Shown here: one piece after another, positions 1 to 16,484 of the stretch
Position numbering within the stretch: position 1 is the stretch's first letter
How the letters are laid out: each line of letters starts with the position of its first letter
NCBI RefSeq assembly: GCF_009914755.1
Contig: NC_060936.1
Reading direction: 5' to 3' (one strand)
Origin: the human T2T-CHM13v2.0 reference genome, Homo sapiens
Length of the DNA: 64,000 bases
Program-made: the position numbers and the translations under genes
Notes under the pieces: generated by a model
The model's database searches: none
Told to the model about the DNA's origin: nothing
The model's input: the letters and a program-made list of their open reading frames with translations, nothing else

Positions 1-138
1 CAATTATTGGGCCTCCAGGCAGATTACTTAGTTGTTAGTAGTAACAGTGATGGGCTAGGTAAGTGGGCAGGTCCTCAGTCCACTGGGTAGTATGCATGGA
101 ATGGACAATGACAGTAGCAGTGAAGAGTCAACCATTAG

Positions 139-533
<395 letters not shown>

Positions 534-682
534 AGAGGGAGATATATTTGTATTTATAGACTGTCTACAAAGAATGAATTCTGAAACTGACTATGCTTGT
601 AGTTAAATGTTCAAGTTCAAATTATTGAGACTATGCTTCAAATGAACTATACTTCAATTAAAACTAGATGTATGGGATATTT

Positions 683-766
683 CTAATATCTAGTATTCTA
701 GATATTAATATCTAATACTAATATCTAGTATTCTAGATATTAATATCTAATACTAATCTCTAGTAT
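683..766. repeat. ~35-bp tandem repeat (about 2.4 copies) with internal palindromes
   Basis: ctaatatctagtattctagatattaatatctaata repeated. Confidence 0.85.
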
Positions 767-2819
767 CACAAATGTAGATACAATAAAATGTAAACAATGT
801 AGCTATTAAATATGATTACAGAAAATGTTCTATTTATTTTTGTTTATAATTTTTCTCCATTTTTCAGATGTATTGGTAGATTTTAGATGTTATAAAATGT
901 GTTAAATGAGGCTCCTAATAATTAATTTAGTAATATTTGACTGATAATTTCTGATATTAGCATTACTAAGAAAATTCTAATTTGACCACAATGCACAATA
1001 AATTTTATTTAATAGAGTCAGAATAATTTAATTTTCAAATGATAAAGCTTGGGTAGGTTTTATCAAATTTTTAATTACTACAGTGAGTGGTGTAAAACAA
1101 TTGATTAACATTTGTAATAAATACACATATGTTTATGATGTTTTAAAATGAATCAGAAATGAATTCTCACATGAATTTCAGAAATTGGCAATATTCATTA
1201 AATACTGCCATCTATGTTAACACAGAAAAGTGTTTCAAGCAATTTATTTACAAACGTATGAATAAAATTTACTTCATAATTCAACAGGTCTATTCTTTGT
1301 ATAGCATCTATAGGCACAAAAAAGGGTCAAAGGATTATGGTTATTTCCTTATTTAATTATCAGAAAATTACATTAATACAGTAAATGTAGTCTCTGAGAA
1401 ACAATCCCTGAAACTTGGACCTCAGTCATGCCTCATTTCTACTACCTCTTTTTGAGTGTCTCTCTCCTCCACTGCCCTCATGGCTGGGAATAGCCACCTT
1501 GCCCCACTTCCCATTTCTCACCTTTTGTAAGGGAAATCCCATGGAAAGACAGGTTCTGGAACCTAGCAAGGTGCAGTGCAAGGCAGAGTAACTATTTTCT
1601 CCTCCTCCACATTAATACTAATAGAATAAGAAGTAATTGTTTGTCACTTTATACTGCCATCACAAGAAATGCATGTAAAATGTTTATTCCTCATCAGCTT
1701 ACACAGGGCAGGTTCCTTAAGCCAACTCTCAACTCTTTTATGGGAGTAACTTTTTCCCCTGAACTTTTTGAAAGACAAAAAAAAAAAAAAGATTGAGCAA
1801 GTAAACTGATTTCTAGCCAAAATAATAAAGTTACAAATGGGTAGTAAAGGCAAGTATGAATAAAATTCAGAGGAAGGGACACCAACTTGGCTGAAGTGAT
1901 CAGGAATAGCATAGGATAGTGATAATGAGCATAGCCTTTATCTTTTTGGAAGTTTGAAAGATATGCATCTTAGTAGAGGTTGAAAAGGGGTATTTTATTT
2001 AGTTACTGAATTGAATCTTATTACTGCACAATTGTATTAAATTGCATGTACTGTATTTCCCATACAACTGTCTCTGGTTATATGGGAAAATAGTTAATAT
2101 ATTACCAACATTGACTTTTATAGACTGTAAAACACAGGGAGAATAAAACCATTTCCATTTTTGTCTTATCTAGAAATAAATTTCATGAAATCATATCTAG
2201 GAATTCTGATTGAAACGTGATGGATTATATAATGTTTTGAATTTTTCTCCTCTTATCTCAGGAATTGTCCAAGAACAAGAAGAAGAATGAATGACAAAAA
2301 CATAACTACCATTTCAGACGACCGTGAAATCCATGATTCCAAACTATATAATGCAGGGAAGAATTACCCTAAGTAATAAAGGCTGGACAAGGTCATTGGC
2401 TGGGATTATTTTGAAAATATTTAATAAAAAGAACGCCTCAGGAATTAACCAATTGGAACAGATTTTGTGGCTAATCAAAACAGATACTAATCATTAAAAA
2501 ACAAAAATCAAACTGAAATATCTCTGGCACATTCTATTGGCTACAACCCAGCATTAGTCCTCGAGGCCTAGTCCAGGAAAAAAACAGGGAGTGATGCTGT
2601 AGGCCGTACTACAGAACTAGGAGTAAAGCAAATGTTAAAGAGAAAGCATATGTTAAAATCTCAGAAAATGTAGACGTGCTATAACTACAAAAAATAACTA
2701 AAGGGGAATGAAGAGTGAAAAATGTAGTGAAATAACCTGTTTCCTCATCTTTTAAAATTTAGTGTTAACAATAACTCTTTAATAGATAAAATATTGAAGA
2801 TGGCCCATTAGAAGCAGTG

Positions 2820-3440
2820 GCAGTGCCAAATTGTTTTCCAGTTTATATTCCTATAAGCAATTTTTGAGGATTTCATTTGTTTAATATCCTCTCCTACATT
2901 TTTATATTGTCAGTATTTTAAAACATTAGATATTTTGATGGATGGATGATAGTATCTCACTGTGGCTTTAATTTGTACTTCCTTGATGAGTAACGATGGT
3001 GAGCATGTTTTCATGCACTTATTTCCCATTTGATAATTCTCTCTTAAGTGACTGTTAATGTCTTTTGTCCATTTATTTGTTGGGTTGTCTGTCTTTATCT
3101 TACTAACTTTTAGAAGCTCTTTAGATCTTTAGACATTAAGTATATGAGTACCTTTCCAAAAATATGCAAATATCTTCTCCTGATTTGTGCTTATCTCTTT
3201 TACTCACTTTTTCTGATGAATGGAAATCCTTAATCTTAATAGTGTCTAATTTATTTTGTTTGTTTTTTTTTACTTTGGGTTAGTGCTTTTAATTTCTTAT
3301 TAAAAATTTCATACTTTACTGTCAAAAGTTATTTTCCTATGTTTTCTTCTAAAACTTTTATGTTTTACTTATCAGTTTTGTCTGTAATCCATCTAGCATT
3401 GATCTTTGAGTGCAGTGTGAAGAAAATGTCAAGATGACTT
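2820..3440 (-). mobile_element. Ancient L1M ORF2/3' fragment
   Basis: Degenerate antisense L1 motifs (agtatctcactgtggctttaatttgtacttcc, gagcatgttttcatg, ttttcctatgttttcttcta). Confidence 0.7.
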
Positions 3441-4614
3441 TTAAAATATTTTTAAGCAATAAATAGGCATTCAGTGGCATTCAGTGGGGAGGAGAATTGT
3501 TTTAGAATGACTCAAAATCTAGATTCCTTTAAGGAAGCATTTATGATAAATTTGACAACACAAAGCCAAAAAGAAAACAATCAGTTTCTTTGAAAAAAAT
3601 TATGAAGAATGTCAAAGAACAAACACTAAATTGGAGAATAACATTTTGCATGAATGATTCTCTCATTTTTTGCATGTGGTAGCATCTACAAATCAACAGG
3701 AAAAATACCAATTACTCAATATCATTTTTATATATTAGTTAAGATATAGATGAAGCTTCTGTAACAAATGTCAAAATAACAATAGCTAAAACAAGACAGC
3801 TTTTAAAATTAGTTTCGTGTGTGTGTGTCATAAAATCATGTGTGTATAAGCAGGCCAGGCCTTCTACTGTTGTCTGGTCTTCCAAAAAATATGATTTCTA
3901 TTCAAGGCTTAAAATAGCTGGTCTGTCTTCCTCCATGTTGTACAAATATTAGTCAGTATCAAAAAGATAAGGCAGTGAGAAGAGATATCCCTTTTCAAAA
4001 AACAACTGAGAGGTCACACACGTTTCTCTTTGCATCCCTTCTGTGAAAATTTAGCCATCTACCCACAGGGAAAGTTGGAAATGATTATTCAATAAATGAC
4101 AAAGGGGAATACAACTATTGAAGGCTCTAGGATTCTCTTTTTTCCAGGGAAAGACATATTGACATTTCATAGAAATTGGATCTCAAACACAATAAAATGA
4201 CAAGATTAATCTAAGGAAAATGTAAATTTTAACCTCAAATATGTATTGTTTTAACCTACCTCATGGGCAAAGATCTAAAGTTTTGATTCTACATGTTGTG
4301 GGCAACGGTAGGGGAAAGAGGCACTTTTTCTATGTCTACACCCACCTGAAGAAAACATAAGCTGAAATACTGTCTATTGCAGTTACAATATTTATAAAAA
4401 TTTTAAATTCACATATCCTTTCACCTAGATATTCTACTGCCAGTTATTTAGCTTCTGCAAATCCAAGCAACATAACAGGTGTGCCAGGAAACTCAGGACA
4501 GCATTGAAAATAATATACATGTTTATTAACTGAGGCAGCTTCTTATCAATCATGTTCTGGTGGAATACTATGCACAACTAAAAAAGAGTATGGCAGTTGT
4601 ATTTAAAGTGATAA

Positions 4615-4942
<328 letters not shown>

Positions 4943-5018
4943 AGAAATTTTTTTAAAAAGCAACAGATAAAGTAATATGCAATGTATAATAACTTTCTGT
5001 GTAAAAACAATAAAAATT

Positions 5019-5420
<402 letters not shown>

Positions 5421-5837
5421 CTAGGGAGAAAAATTAGGTTCTGTGGGGGCTAAGGCGAGAGAATGCTTAGTTTTACTTCCTTTCTTTTCACCCCTTTTGA
5501 ATTTTTATTGCATGAATAATTACCTTTGCAAAGAAAATAAAAATCAGGTTACACTTAAGAGTGCTCAAAGATGAAAAAATATTCATTCATTGAAAGATGT
5601 TCCCAAATGTTAAACTAAGTCTAGTATTTAAATGTTATCTAAAATAGGCCTAAGATGTTTAATGTCAACTGAAAATAATGTTATCTCAAGTTAATGATTT
5701 TGACTGCCTTGTAAATACCAAGACAAAACCATAGTGTTTATTTTTAATGAAATCATACTGGTTTGCTTGAATACTTTTATGTTTCCTCTGAAATTATGTA
5801 AGTACACAATTTTTCTATGATTTTATCTGCAGCTTTA

Positions 5838-6163
<326 letters not shown>

Positions 6164-6384
6164 TGTTGAAGCTGATAAATGCTGAGTAACAAGCAAGCAT
6201 TTGGAAAACCTATATTCTACTCTCTCTCTACATTACTACTGACCTAGTCTATGGTTTGAATATCTAATGTAATACCTTTCAAATTTCAGTATTTGCATAC
6301 ATGCATTTGGAAATATACTTATCTCACTTGCCACCTATTGACTTCATGATAGTGGGTAAGTAATATTTTTTGAAAATGATAACG

Positions 6385-6535
6385 GAAGTGAGAGAGGATC
6401 AGGAAAAATAACTAATGGGTACTAGGCTGAATACCTAGGTGGTGAAATGATCTGTACAACAAACTCCATGACACAAGTTTACCTATGTAACAAACCTGCG
6501 CATAGAGCCCTGAATTTAAAATAAAAGGTAAAAAA
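6385..6535 (+). mobile_element. Old L1PA/L1PB 3' UTR fragment
   Basis: aggatcaggaaaaataactaatgggtactaggct...tctgtacaacaaactccatgacacaagtttacctatgtaacaaacctg. Confidence 0.85.
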
Positions 6536-6928
6536 ACAAAAAATCATAAAATGAAGCATTCTGCAGAGTGTGATCATGTCTCATGGTAACTTAAATTTAG
6601 GGATGTCCTCACAATGACTAAATTTACAAGAAACTGATTTTTTTCTAGTCTTCCATATATATTAAACAGAATGCTATTTTACTAATTTTTTTCTGAGAGT
6701 TATAAATGATTCAATTCTTCTTATAAGAAAGCAAGAAAAATTGCTAAGTGAGCTTTCTTAAAAAAAAGATTTGTTGATGGTTCAAACATTACCTTTCCAT
6801 CTTCATAACAGAGATATAGCTTTTAAATGGGAAGCCCAAGATATTTTTGACAAGGAATTATTGGTGTTACTAAAAGTTTCTTCCTGAAAGTCTTATTCTC
6901 TGTTTCTGTTACTGATGAGAGTTGTTAA

Positions 6929-7375
<447 letters not shown>

Positions 7376-7595
7376 CTGACCTCTTAACTTCCTATTTCAG
7401 TTCTCTTCATTATGCCACTCAATAGGTTCTTTTGACAATAAGCCACTTATTGATAACAGGAGCTTCTAACATTGTCTCATTGATTCTTTACTTCCACCTG
7501 CCTCAACATTTATTGGTCATAAATTTCAATCAATTTATTTTACTACCGGACTCTATCAATATCTACTAAGTTATTGAGAAAGATTGTTCCTAGAT

Positions 7596-8364
7596 CATGT
7601 GTCAGAAATTAGAACCTTGGCACTTCAAACTCACTATACCAAAGGGACAGTTAAGCTTGGGAATGGAGTCACACAAAAGTGTCTCTTTTTTTCCCAAATA
7701 GATAGCTACAATTTCACAACCCTGTGTCATAGCCTTATACATAAGCCAGGTTCCCAGAGTGCTAGAAGGCTACATATCTCCCCAGGGTGGCCTCCTTCAC
7801 AAATTGCTCACAAGGAAATTCTTGTGGTTCTCAAAATCATTCAGGATACCTATCCTTCCGATAAGCTAGCACTAAAACCAAGTTCTGTTAAATATCACCC
7901 AGCAACGTCAGTTACCGGGTTATCCTCACAGGTATAGGACAAGAACAAGACTAGAATTCATCCCTCTGCCTACCTTGAAGTGAATGCATAAATGACTTTT
8001 TTTCCTCTATTCCCTCTTTTCGCATGTTTATCTGATGTAAAATGTACGTGTACTGAGTGCATAATTGGCTTTTTCCTCTCCTCCCTATTTCACATGTAAA
8101 ATATAGATTCACTGAGCACTAATCAGAGCCTCACAAGAATGTAAACACTGGCCTCACTGCCTACCCTCACTCCCCTTTTTAAATCCTCCCTCTCCTGCTT
8201 GCCCTTTCCCCTTTAAATTTTGAAGTTTCCAAAACTCTCTTTGGAAAAAGCACAGGCCACAGATCCTCCTGTGATTTGTGTTTCTTTTTCCTAGGTGTGT
8301 CCTTAACCTTAGCTAAATCGGCCTCTAATCGATTGATACCTGCCTGAGTCACTTTTTGGTTTAC
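7596..8364 (+). mobile_element. Solo ERV1-class LTR (MER34/MER39-related group)
   Basis: TG...CA ends, ccaaagggacagttaagcttgggaa, ctctctttggaaaaagcacaggccacagatcct, 3' end ctttttggtttaca; family from recall. Confidence 0.65.
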
Positions 8365-8459
8365 AGTTATCAGACTATGTTTTAGCCACACTTCAGAAGC
8401 TTATTTATCTAATTCTGAATTTAGTGCTTGAACGTAGAAAAGAGTAGAATTTTTTAAAA

Positions 8460-10050
<1,591 letters not shown>

Positions 10051-10087
10051 AGAGAATTTTGATATTTAAAATCATTGTAAAGGAGAT

Positions 10088-10206
10088 TATAGGATTAATT
10101 GTCCAAACCAAGACACTGTGGAGATGAAAAAGGAAACTTAGTAATTTTGCTCTGACAAAAGACCTAAACTGGGTGGCCAAGACCACCTGGATATGTGGTC
10201 ACTCTA
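10088..10206 (-). mobile_element. MER81-like hAT MITE
   Basis: aattgtccaaaccaagacact ... tatgtggtcactcta matches recalled MER81 ends. Confidence 0.6.
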
Positions 10207-11429
10207 TAACTCAATATTTCTGAGGGGAGTTGTCAAGGTGAACCCTAGAAATGTTTTTAATGTTAATGTCTTCCCATAATAAATTATGCCTAAATAGCAT
10301 TACATGAACATGAAAAGACATCAAGAGTAAAACTATCCAGTAGCCTTTTCATTTTCTAATATTAAAATTAAAATGCTATTATCAGCTACTGTGAAGATAG
10401 CAGGTGGCCTGTGTACATATCACTGATTTAGGATAAATTCACCTGAGCTCCAGATGATATAAATGTCCAGCCAGGCAGCTTTGCCAGCATCAGGTGATCC
10501 ATGGAGCCAGGTGGGCATCTTGACAATGAGAGCCCATAAATAAACTGACAATGGCTGCTATTGCAGGTCCTTGAAAGAACTTCAACATTCTTCAGAAACT
10601 GGAGAATCTTACCACGTAAGAAAATCCAATGATGAACTACTAGGATTATATTTAATTTGCCTGTCTGTCATATTATTTTGCATTTGTGGTTGGCAAAATA
10701 GCTTTTGCATTTTATTAATATCACTTATCAAATGCCTTTTCATCTGAAATGTACTAGATCTGCCATTACCAGAGAAATTTCAGAATGGAGCCTCAAACTA
10801 TGAAATGTAAGATATTTAACTTCGTATATTGGATCTTTCTAGGAAAAGCTTATATATGACATGCAGTTAGACACAAATTCCCTGTGGGTGAAGTTTCTAG
10901 AGTTTGCCTTAGTCCATTACATGAATCCATTGCATCAATCACCAAGAAACAAGTCTAAAATTATAGATTAAAAATGAGCGAGGAAAGGGATGTTACCTCT
11001 GGAAAAATAAATAGATCCTCTTAGTGCAATTGGCTGTTTCAATTTTAGTAGAAATTATTTGGCATTTACTTAACCAAACTATCAATTTTGCATCTTAAAT
11101 ATTATTTTGTCCCTATAATCTCAAATCTTCTTCAAATTACAGTGTTTCAAAGTGACGGGACCGCATGATATAAACAGTTCTACATACATATTCATGAACT
11201 TTCATAGTACTGTTATAAAAATTCAAATATAAAATGTATTTACAATGATTAACAATGTATACTGATAGAAGAATCATTTTGATTACTGATTCTATTTAGG
11301 TTAATCTGAGCAAAGCAACCCTAAGATAGGTGTTTGCTTCAATCTTGGTAGTCCCGATAATGCAAAATTTAAACAACATTTATAAAAAGAGAACATTGAT
11401 GTCAAAGAGAACATAATGACGTGGTTCCA

Positions 11430-11650
11430 TATACAGAGACCCTACTACATGCTGGACACTATGTGAGAGATTTTGTGTTCAGTATCTCATTTAATCCTTA
11501 AAACAGTCCTGAGAGATATATCATATATTCCCATTTTGAAGTAAAAGGAATTAAAGTTTAATAAGTTTAATTAACATCCTTCATATTACACAATAGTAAG
11601 TGAATGAGCAGGGCCTCAAATCCAGGTGTGATTTTAAATCTCGTAACTAT
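11430..11650 (-). mobile_element. MIR SINE
   Basis: atctcatttaatcct...cccattttgaagtaaaaggaatt...tagtaagtg MIR core. Confidence 0.7.
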
Positions 11651-13356
11651 TAACTGTAGAAGAGATCCACAACTCCAAATTCTTAATATCAAAGAAAAAA
11701 GCATTGTGAAATACCTATGATAGATGATCAGCTTACAGTCACACAGCAAGTAATTACTGCCGTCTCTCCTTACCCTCTCTCTACAGCAAAAATTTACCCA
11801 AGCTAATAATATTTAATTTCAGCTGAAAAAAATTTTATGAATCAATTTAAGATGATATATGTAAATACCTTAGCACTATGGCTTAGCTGACTCTTTAAAA
11901 GTTTAGTACTCTTCCTGCACTAATCTATTTCGTGATAATATGTTCAGAAAGCTATTAACTGTCATCACTCACCAGAAAATCATTATATGATAACATTAAT
12001 TACATATAATACATCTGATCTTGTCTAATATGCTAATATTTTATGTTATAAAGACATATCAGCAGATACTTAATGGATTCTTCTTTGGTTACCATAGTAC
12101 CTGTAAAGCTGTCCTTTGTTTAGATGTCATACTTGATCTTATCATGGAATTTTAAAATGGATGTAAGTTATGTTCTGGGTATCTTCATTTTATAAAAATG
12201 TCTTATAAATATAAGACTGATTTGAATGTGTAGGAAATAAATTTATATATTTTACAGCTTGCTGTTTTCATTGATATAAAAATATTACCAAGCAAGGTAA
12301 TGATACTTTATATTTTGTACCACAGAATAATAATCATTGATATTTTCATACCAAACAAGGTAATGACACTTTATATTTTCTACCATGAAATAGTAATCAC
12401 AGAACTATAGAGCTCCCAGGTGGTCTTACAATGCAATAAGCCCTAACTTATTTTGCAGTGAAGGAAACAAAGATCAAAAAGGTCTAAGTGGTCTTTTCAT
12501 CTCTGTAACCTACATCTCTAGTCTTCCTTTCTGGGTACTTTCCACAAGAATTTAGTTATCAGATCACAGTTTCTTTGCAATTCTGGAGCAAGGCTATAAA
12601 TTACAATTCTATACTGTGTGAAAGTTAAGTGCCAACTGCACTACCATTTTAAAAGCAATTATAAATCCTGGTTCCAATATTGCAAGGTTAAGGTCATCCT
12701 GCCCTCTGAATATCTGTTGACATCTAAAGAAACAGTTCCAGTGATAGCATCTAAGACATATATTTAGTTGCTTTATTCTTGGTCCTTGAACCAGATTAGC
12801 AGGTCAAAAGTAAAAAATAAAATAAAATCCACTGACAATTCTAAAATGAAAGGACAATAATATGCTGTTTTTAATTATACAAAACCAAAATCAAAGCATG
12901 TATTCACAGCCTCAGGAAATTACACTTTGTGGGCCAAGGAATCTACATTTCAAAACAATTGTAGCAATCATACCTGGCTATCTTCCGGGCGGGTCAGTGT
13001 CTTTTTAATAATAATTTTCGAAGAAATATTTCCTGTAAAAATTGCTCAATGACACTAAAGTACAATTAATTACTAGAATTTTTTCCTTTGCTACAATACA
13101 AACTCATGAATAGTAAAAAATATGTCTCTGTAGCTCACACTGATAAAATGCTAAGTTCTTCTCTTTTCTGTCACTTTTATCAGTGACTAAGTTGTCTGAG
13201 AAATTTCTTCCTGAATTTCAGAGTTAATAGTTCAATTCATCAGTGTCTTATAGATCCTAACTTTCTTCCCTTTTAAGGCATTGCCATGTATCTCCAACTA
13301 TGTTAACATTTTTTAATAATGTAAAGGTTTATAAAGCCAGGAATTATTTAGGTGGC

Positions 13357-13640
13357 TGTGGTAGTTTTAAATTCTATCTCAAAATTCTTTAATACTTCTC
13401 CCTTCCAAAACTGGTACATACTTCTACTCCTCTTCAGAGGGGGCTGTACTTAGGGACTCATTTCTAATGAATATAACGTGATGGAAGTGACAGACAACTT
13501 CTGAGACTAGATTATAAAATGAATCACTGAATTTCCTCCCTGATCTCTCTCTCGGATCACCTGCACCGGGAGGAGCCAGATTCTGCATCAGTCCTATGGA
13601 TAGGTTCGTGTGGTAAGGAACTGAGACCTCTTCGCAACGA
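13357..13640 (+). mobile_element. MLT1-type MaLR LTR fragment
   Basis: tgtggtagttttaaatt...gatggaagtgacag...ttctgagactagattataaa...gtggtaaggaactgag. Confidence 0.65.
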
Positions 13641-13819
13641 CATAAAATCTATTTTGCTCGTTTAATCATTCTTTCATTTGATATTTATCATGTACATGCT
13701 ATAGGTAAAACACTCACTTATTAATTAATTATTAATGCTATTGAAAGGTTTTAAGCAAGAAAGTAATAATTTGGATTGGATATGGGGGAGTGTGATCTTT
13801 TTATAAGGCAAATTGGTTT

Positions 13820-14335
13820 ATGTCATTATCCTGCTTAGAGCCCATCAAGGATTATCATTGCACAAAGAATGAATTACAAACTCCTTAAACTGGTTTATAC
13901 ATCGCCTGCCTACCTGTTTGGCCTCATCTCAAACAACTGTCATCATCATCCACTATAAAGCTATATCAGCTATTTTATTTTCCTCAAACAAGTCAAGCTG
14001 CATCCTAAACTTGTTCTTCCTCCTCACTGTTCTTCTCTCATTTAGGTCCAAGATTAAATGTCATCTCTTTAAGAGGGCCCTTGTGATCCCAAAATATCAT
14101 GGAGCCATCATTTCTCTTTTACATAAACATTTTCCCATTCTGCTTACAGCACTTATTGCCATCAAATATTTTATCTACCTATTATTTATATTTCCCTATT
14201 TAAATGTCAGTTCCAGCCTAGCAGAGTGCTTAACTGTTGTATTTACTACTGTATTTCTGGGATTGAGAGCAATAGTTCACAGTCACTGCTCACTAATTAT
14301 TTTTTAATCAATGAATATATAAATAAATGAATGCA
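13820..14335 (+). mobile_element. L2 3' fragment
   Basis: Pyrimidine-rich L2 motifs (aaatgtcatctcttt, acagcacttattgccatc) ending in tgaat-type repeats. Confidence 0.65.
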
Positions 14336-14655
14336 TGGCTGAATAATAGGAAAAAGAAAACTCATTGATAAGTCCTATATTATTGACTTGAGCAAACAGA
14401 TGAAAAGTGGTGTTACTTAAAGAGACTGAAGACTAAAGGAGAAAAAGTTATAAGTGTATAAGAAATCAAGAATTTTGGTTGACTCATATTAAGTTTCATA
14501 TTGCTATTCGATATCAAAGCAAAGATATCAAGTTGTCAGGTAGTTACCACTCTGGCTCTCAATGGCAAACCTGAGGATGGAATAAAATCAACAAACATCC
14601 AAACTTTTCCTGTGCCATTTATAATAATAACAATCAGAACAATGAACATACCATT

Positions 14656-14820
14656 TTATATATATAAATATATATATTTATATATACTATATATTTATAT
14701 ATTTATATATACTATATATGTATTTATATATTTATATATACTATATATATTTATATATTTATATATACTATATATATTTTTATACATATATATACTATAT
14801 ATATATAGAGAGAGAGAGAG
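14656..14820. repeat. AT-rich (TA)n-derived tandem repeat followed by (GA)n
   Basis: Reiterated tatatttatatatactata units. Confidence 0.9.
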
Positions 14821-15065
14821 TAAAATAGTATGGCCCACTAATGTATTAACGGGGGCTATCTACTATTTTAAATTTTATTTAGACTAACTCATCTAATCTC
14901 AACAACTTCATTTTAGCAGACACTGTTTCTATTTCATTTTATACAATTCAAGAAATTGAAAAACCAAGAGCCTAAATAGCATGCCTAAAGACACTGTGTT
15001 AATAATTTGTGAATATATGTTTGAGAGTCAGGCAATCTGATTTTATAGCCCACATTTTAAAAAGC

Positions 15066-15290
15066 TATTTTATTTTAGATTCGGGGGGTACATGTGCATG
15101 TTTGTTACATGGGTATATTGTGTAATGGTGGGGATTGAGCTTCTAATGTCCCCATTATCCAAATAGTGAACATTTTAACCAATAATTTTCAACCCTCACT
15201 CCTCTCCCTTGCTCCCTGCTTGTGGAGTCTCTGGTGTCTATTATTACTATCTTTATGTCCACGCATACCCATTGTATAACCTACATTTTT
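15066..15290 (-). mobile_element. Old L1PA/PB 3' end fragment
   Basis: tagattcggggggtacatgtgcatgtttgttacatgggtatattg. Confidence 0.85.
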
Positions 15291-15555
15291 AACCATGATG
15301 GTGAATAAAAAGAAGAGAGGTAAAGAATAAGCTTCAGGTTGCTCTAATATTAGGAATGAACCATATAGGAATATAAAGAAGAGGCAAAAAGCAGAGAGGA
15401 AAATTAAGTAGAAAAAAACACACAATGTGTTTTCTCAAAATTTGAGAGAAAATAATAATTCCAGAAGAAAGAGATTATTTTTGTTAGATATTTCTGAGAG
15501 TTGTAAAAGAGGAAGATAGAAAAGTCTCCACTGATTTTCAAAGTAGATTCAGGTT

Positions 15556-15575
15556 AAAAAAAAAAGAGGCTGGTG
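15556..15575 (+). repeat. 5' copy of the L1 target-site duplication (AAAAAAAAAAGAGGCTGGTG), at a TT/AAAA endonuclease site
   Basis: Identical to 21918-21937; preceded by TT at 15554-15555. Confidence 0.93.
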
Positions 15576-16484
15576 GAGGAGGAGCCAAGATGGCCGAATA
15601 GGAACAGCTCCTGTCTACAGCTCCCAGCGTGAGCGACGCAGAAGACGGGTGATTTCTGCATTTCCATCTGAGGTACCGGGTTCATCTCACTAGGGAGTGC
15701 CAGACAGTGGGCGCAGGCCAGTGTGTGAGCGCACCGTGCGCGAGCCGAAGCAGGGCGAGGCATTGCCTCACCTGGGAAGCGCAAGGGGTCAGGGAGTTCC
15801 CTTTCCGAGTCAAAGAAAGGGGTGACGGACGCACCTGGAAAATCGGGTCACTCCCACCCGAATATTGCGCTTTTCAGACCGGCTTAAGAAACGGCGCACC
15901 ACGAGACTATATCCCACACACACCTGGCTCAGAGGGTCCTACGCCCACAGAATCTCGCTGATTGCTAGCACAGCAGTCTGAGATCAAACTGCAAGACGGC
16001 AGCGAGGCTGGGGGAGGGGCGCCCGCCATTGCCCAGGCTTGCTTAGGTAAACAAAGCAGCCGGGAAGCTCGAACTGGGTGGAGCCCACCACAGCTCAAGG
16101 AGGCCTGCCTGCCTCTGTAGGCTCCACCTCTGGGGGCAGGGCACAGACAAACAAAAAGACAGCAGTAACCTCTGCAGACTTAAGTGTCCCTGTCTGACAG
16201 CTTTGAAGAGAGCAGTGGTTCTCCCAGCACGCAGCTGGAGATCTGAGAACGGGCAGACTGCCTCCTCAAGTGGGTCCCTGACCCCTGACCCCTGAGCAGC
16301 CTAACTGGGAGGCACCCCCCAGCAGGGGCACACTGACACCTCACACGGCAGGGTATTCCAACAGACCTGCAGCTGAGGGTCCTGTCTGTTAGAAGGAAAA
16401 CTAACAACCAGAAAGGACATCTACACCGAAAACCCATCTGTACATCACCATCATCAAAGACCAAAAGTAGATAAAACCACAAAG
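15576..16484 (+). promoter_or_regulatory. L1 5' UTR: internal CpG-rich sense promoter with YY1 site, plus antisense promoter
   Basis: YY1 motif caagatggccg at 15586-15596; dense CpGs over ~15590-16075 in an otherwise CpG-poor window. Confidence 0.9.
15907..16029 (-). pseudogene. ORF0: L1 ORF0, truncated to 40 aa by a CA-repeat expansion
   Basis: MAGAPPPASLPSCSLISDCCASNQRDSVGVGPSEPGV matches the ORF0 N-terminus; cccacacacacctgg versus recalled consensus cccacacctgg shifts the frame to an early stop. Confidence 0.8.

Noticed and set aside
2241-2400. Polypyrimidine tract plus CAG, a possible lncRNA acceptor
   Set aside because: No supporting donor, ORF or transcript evidence from sequence alone.
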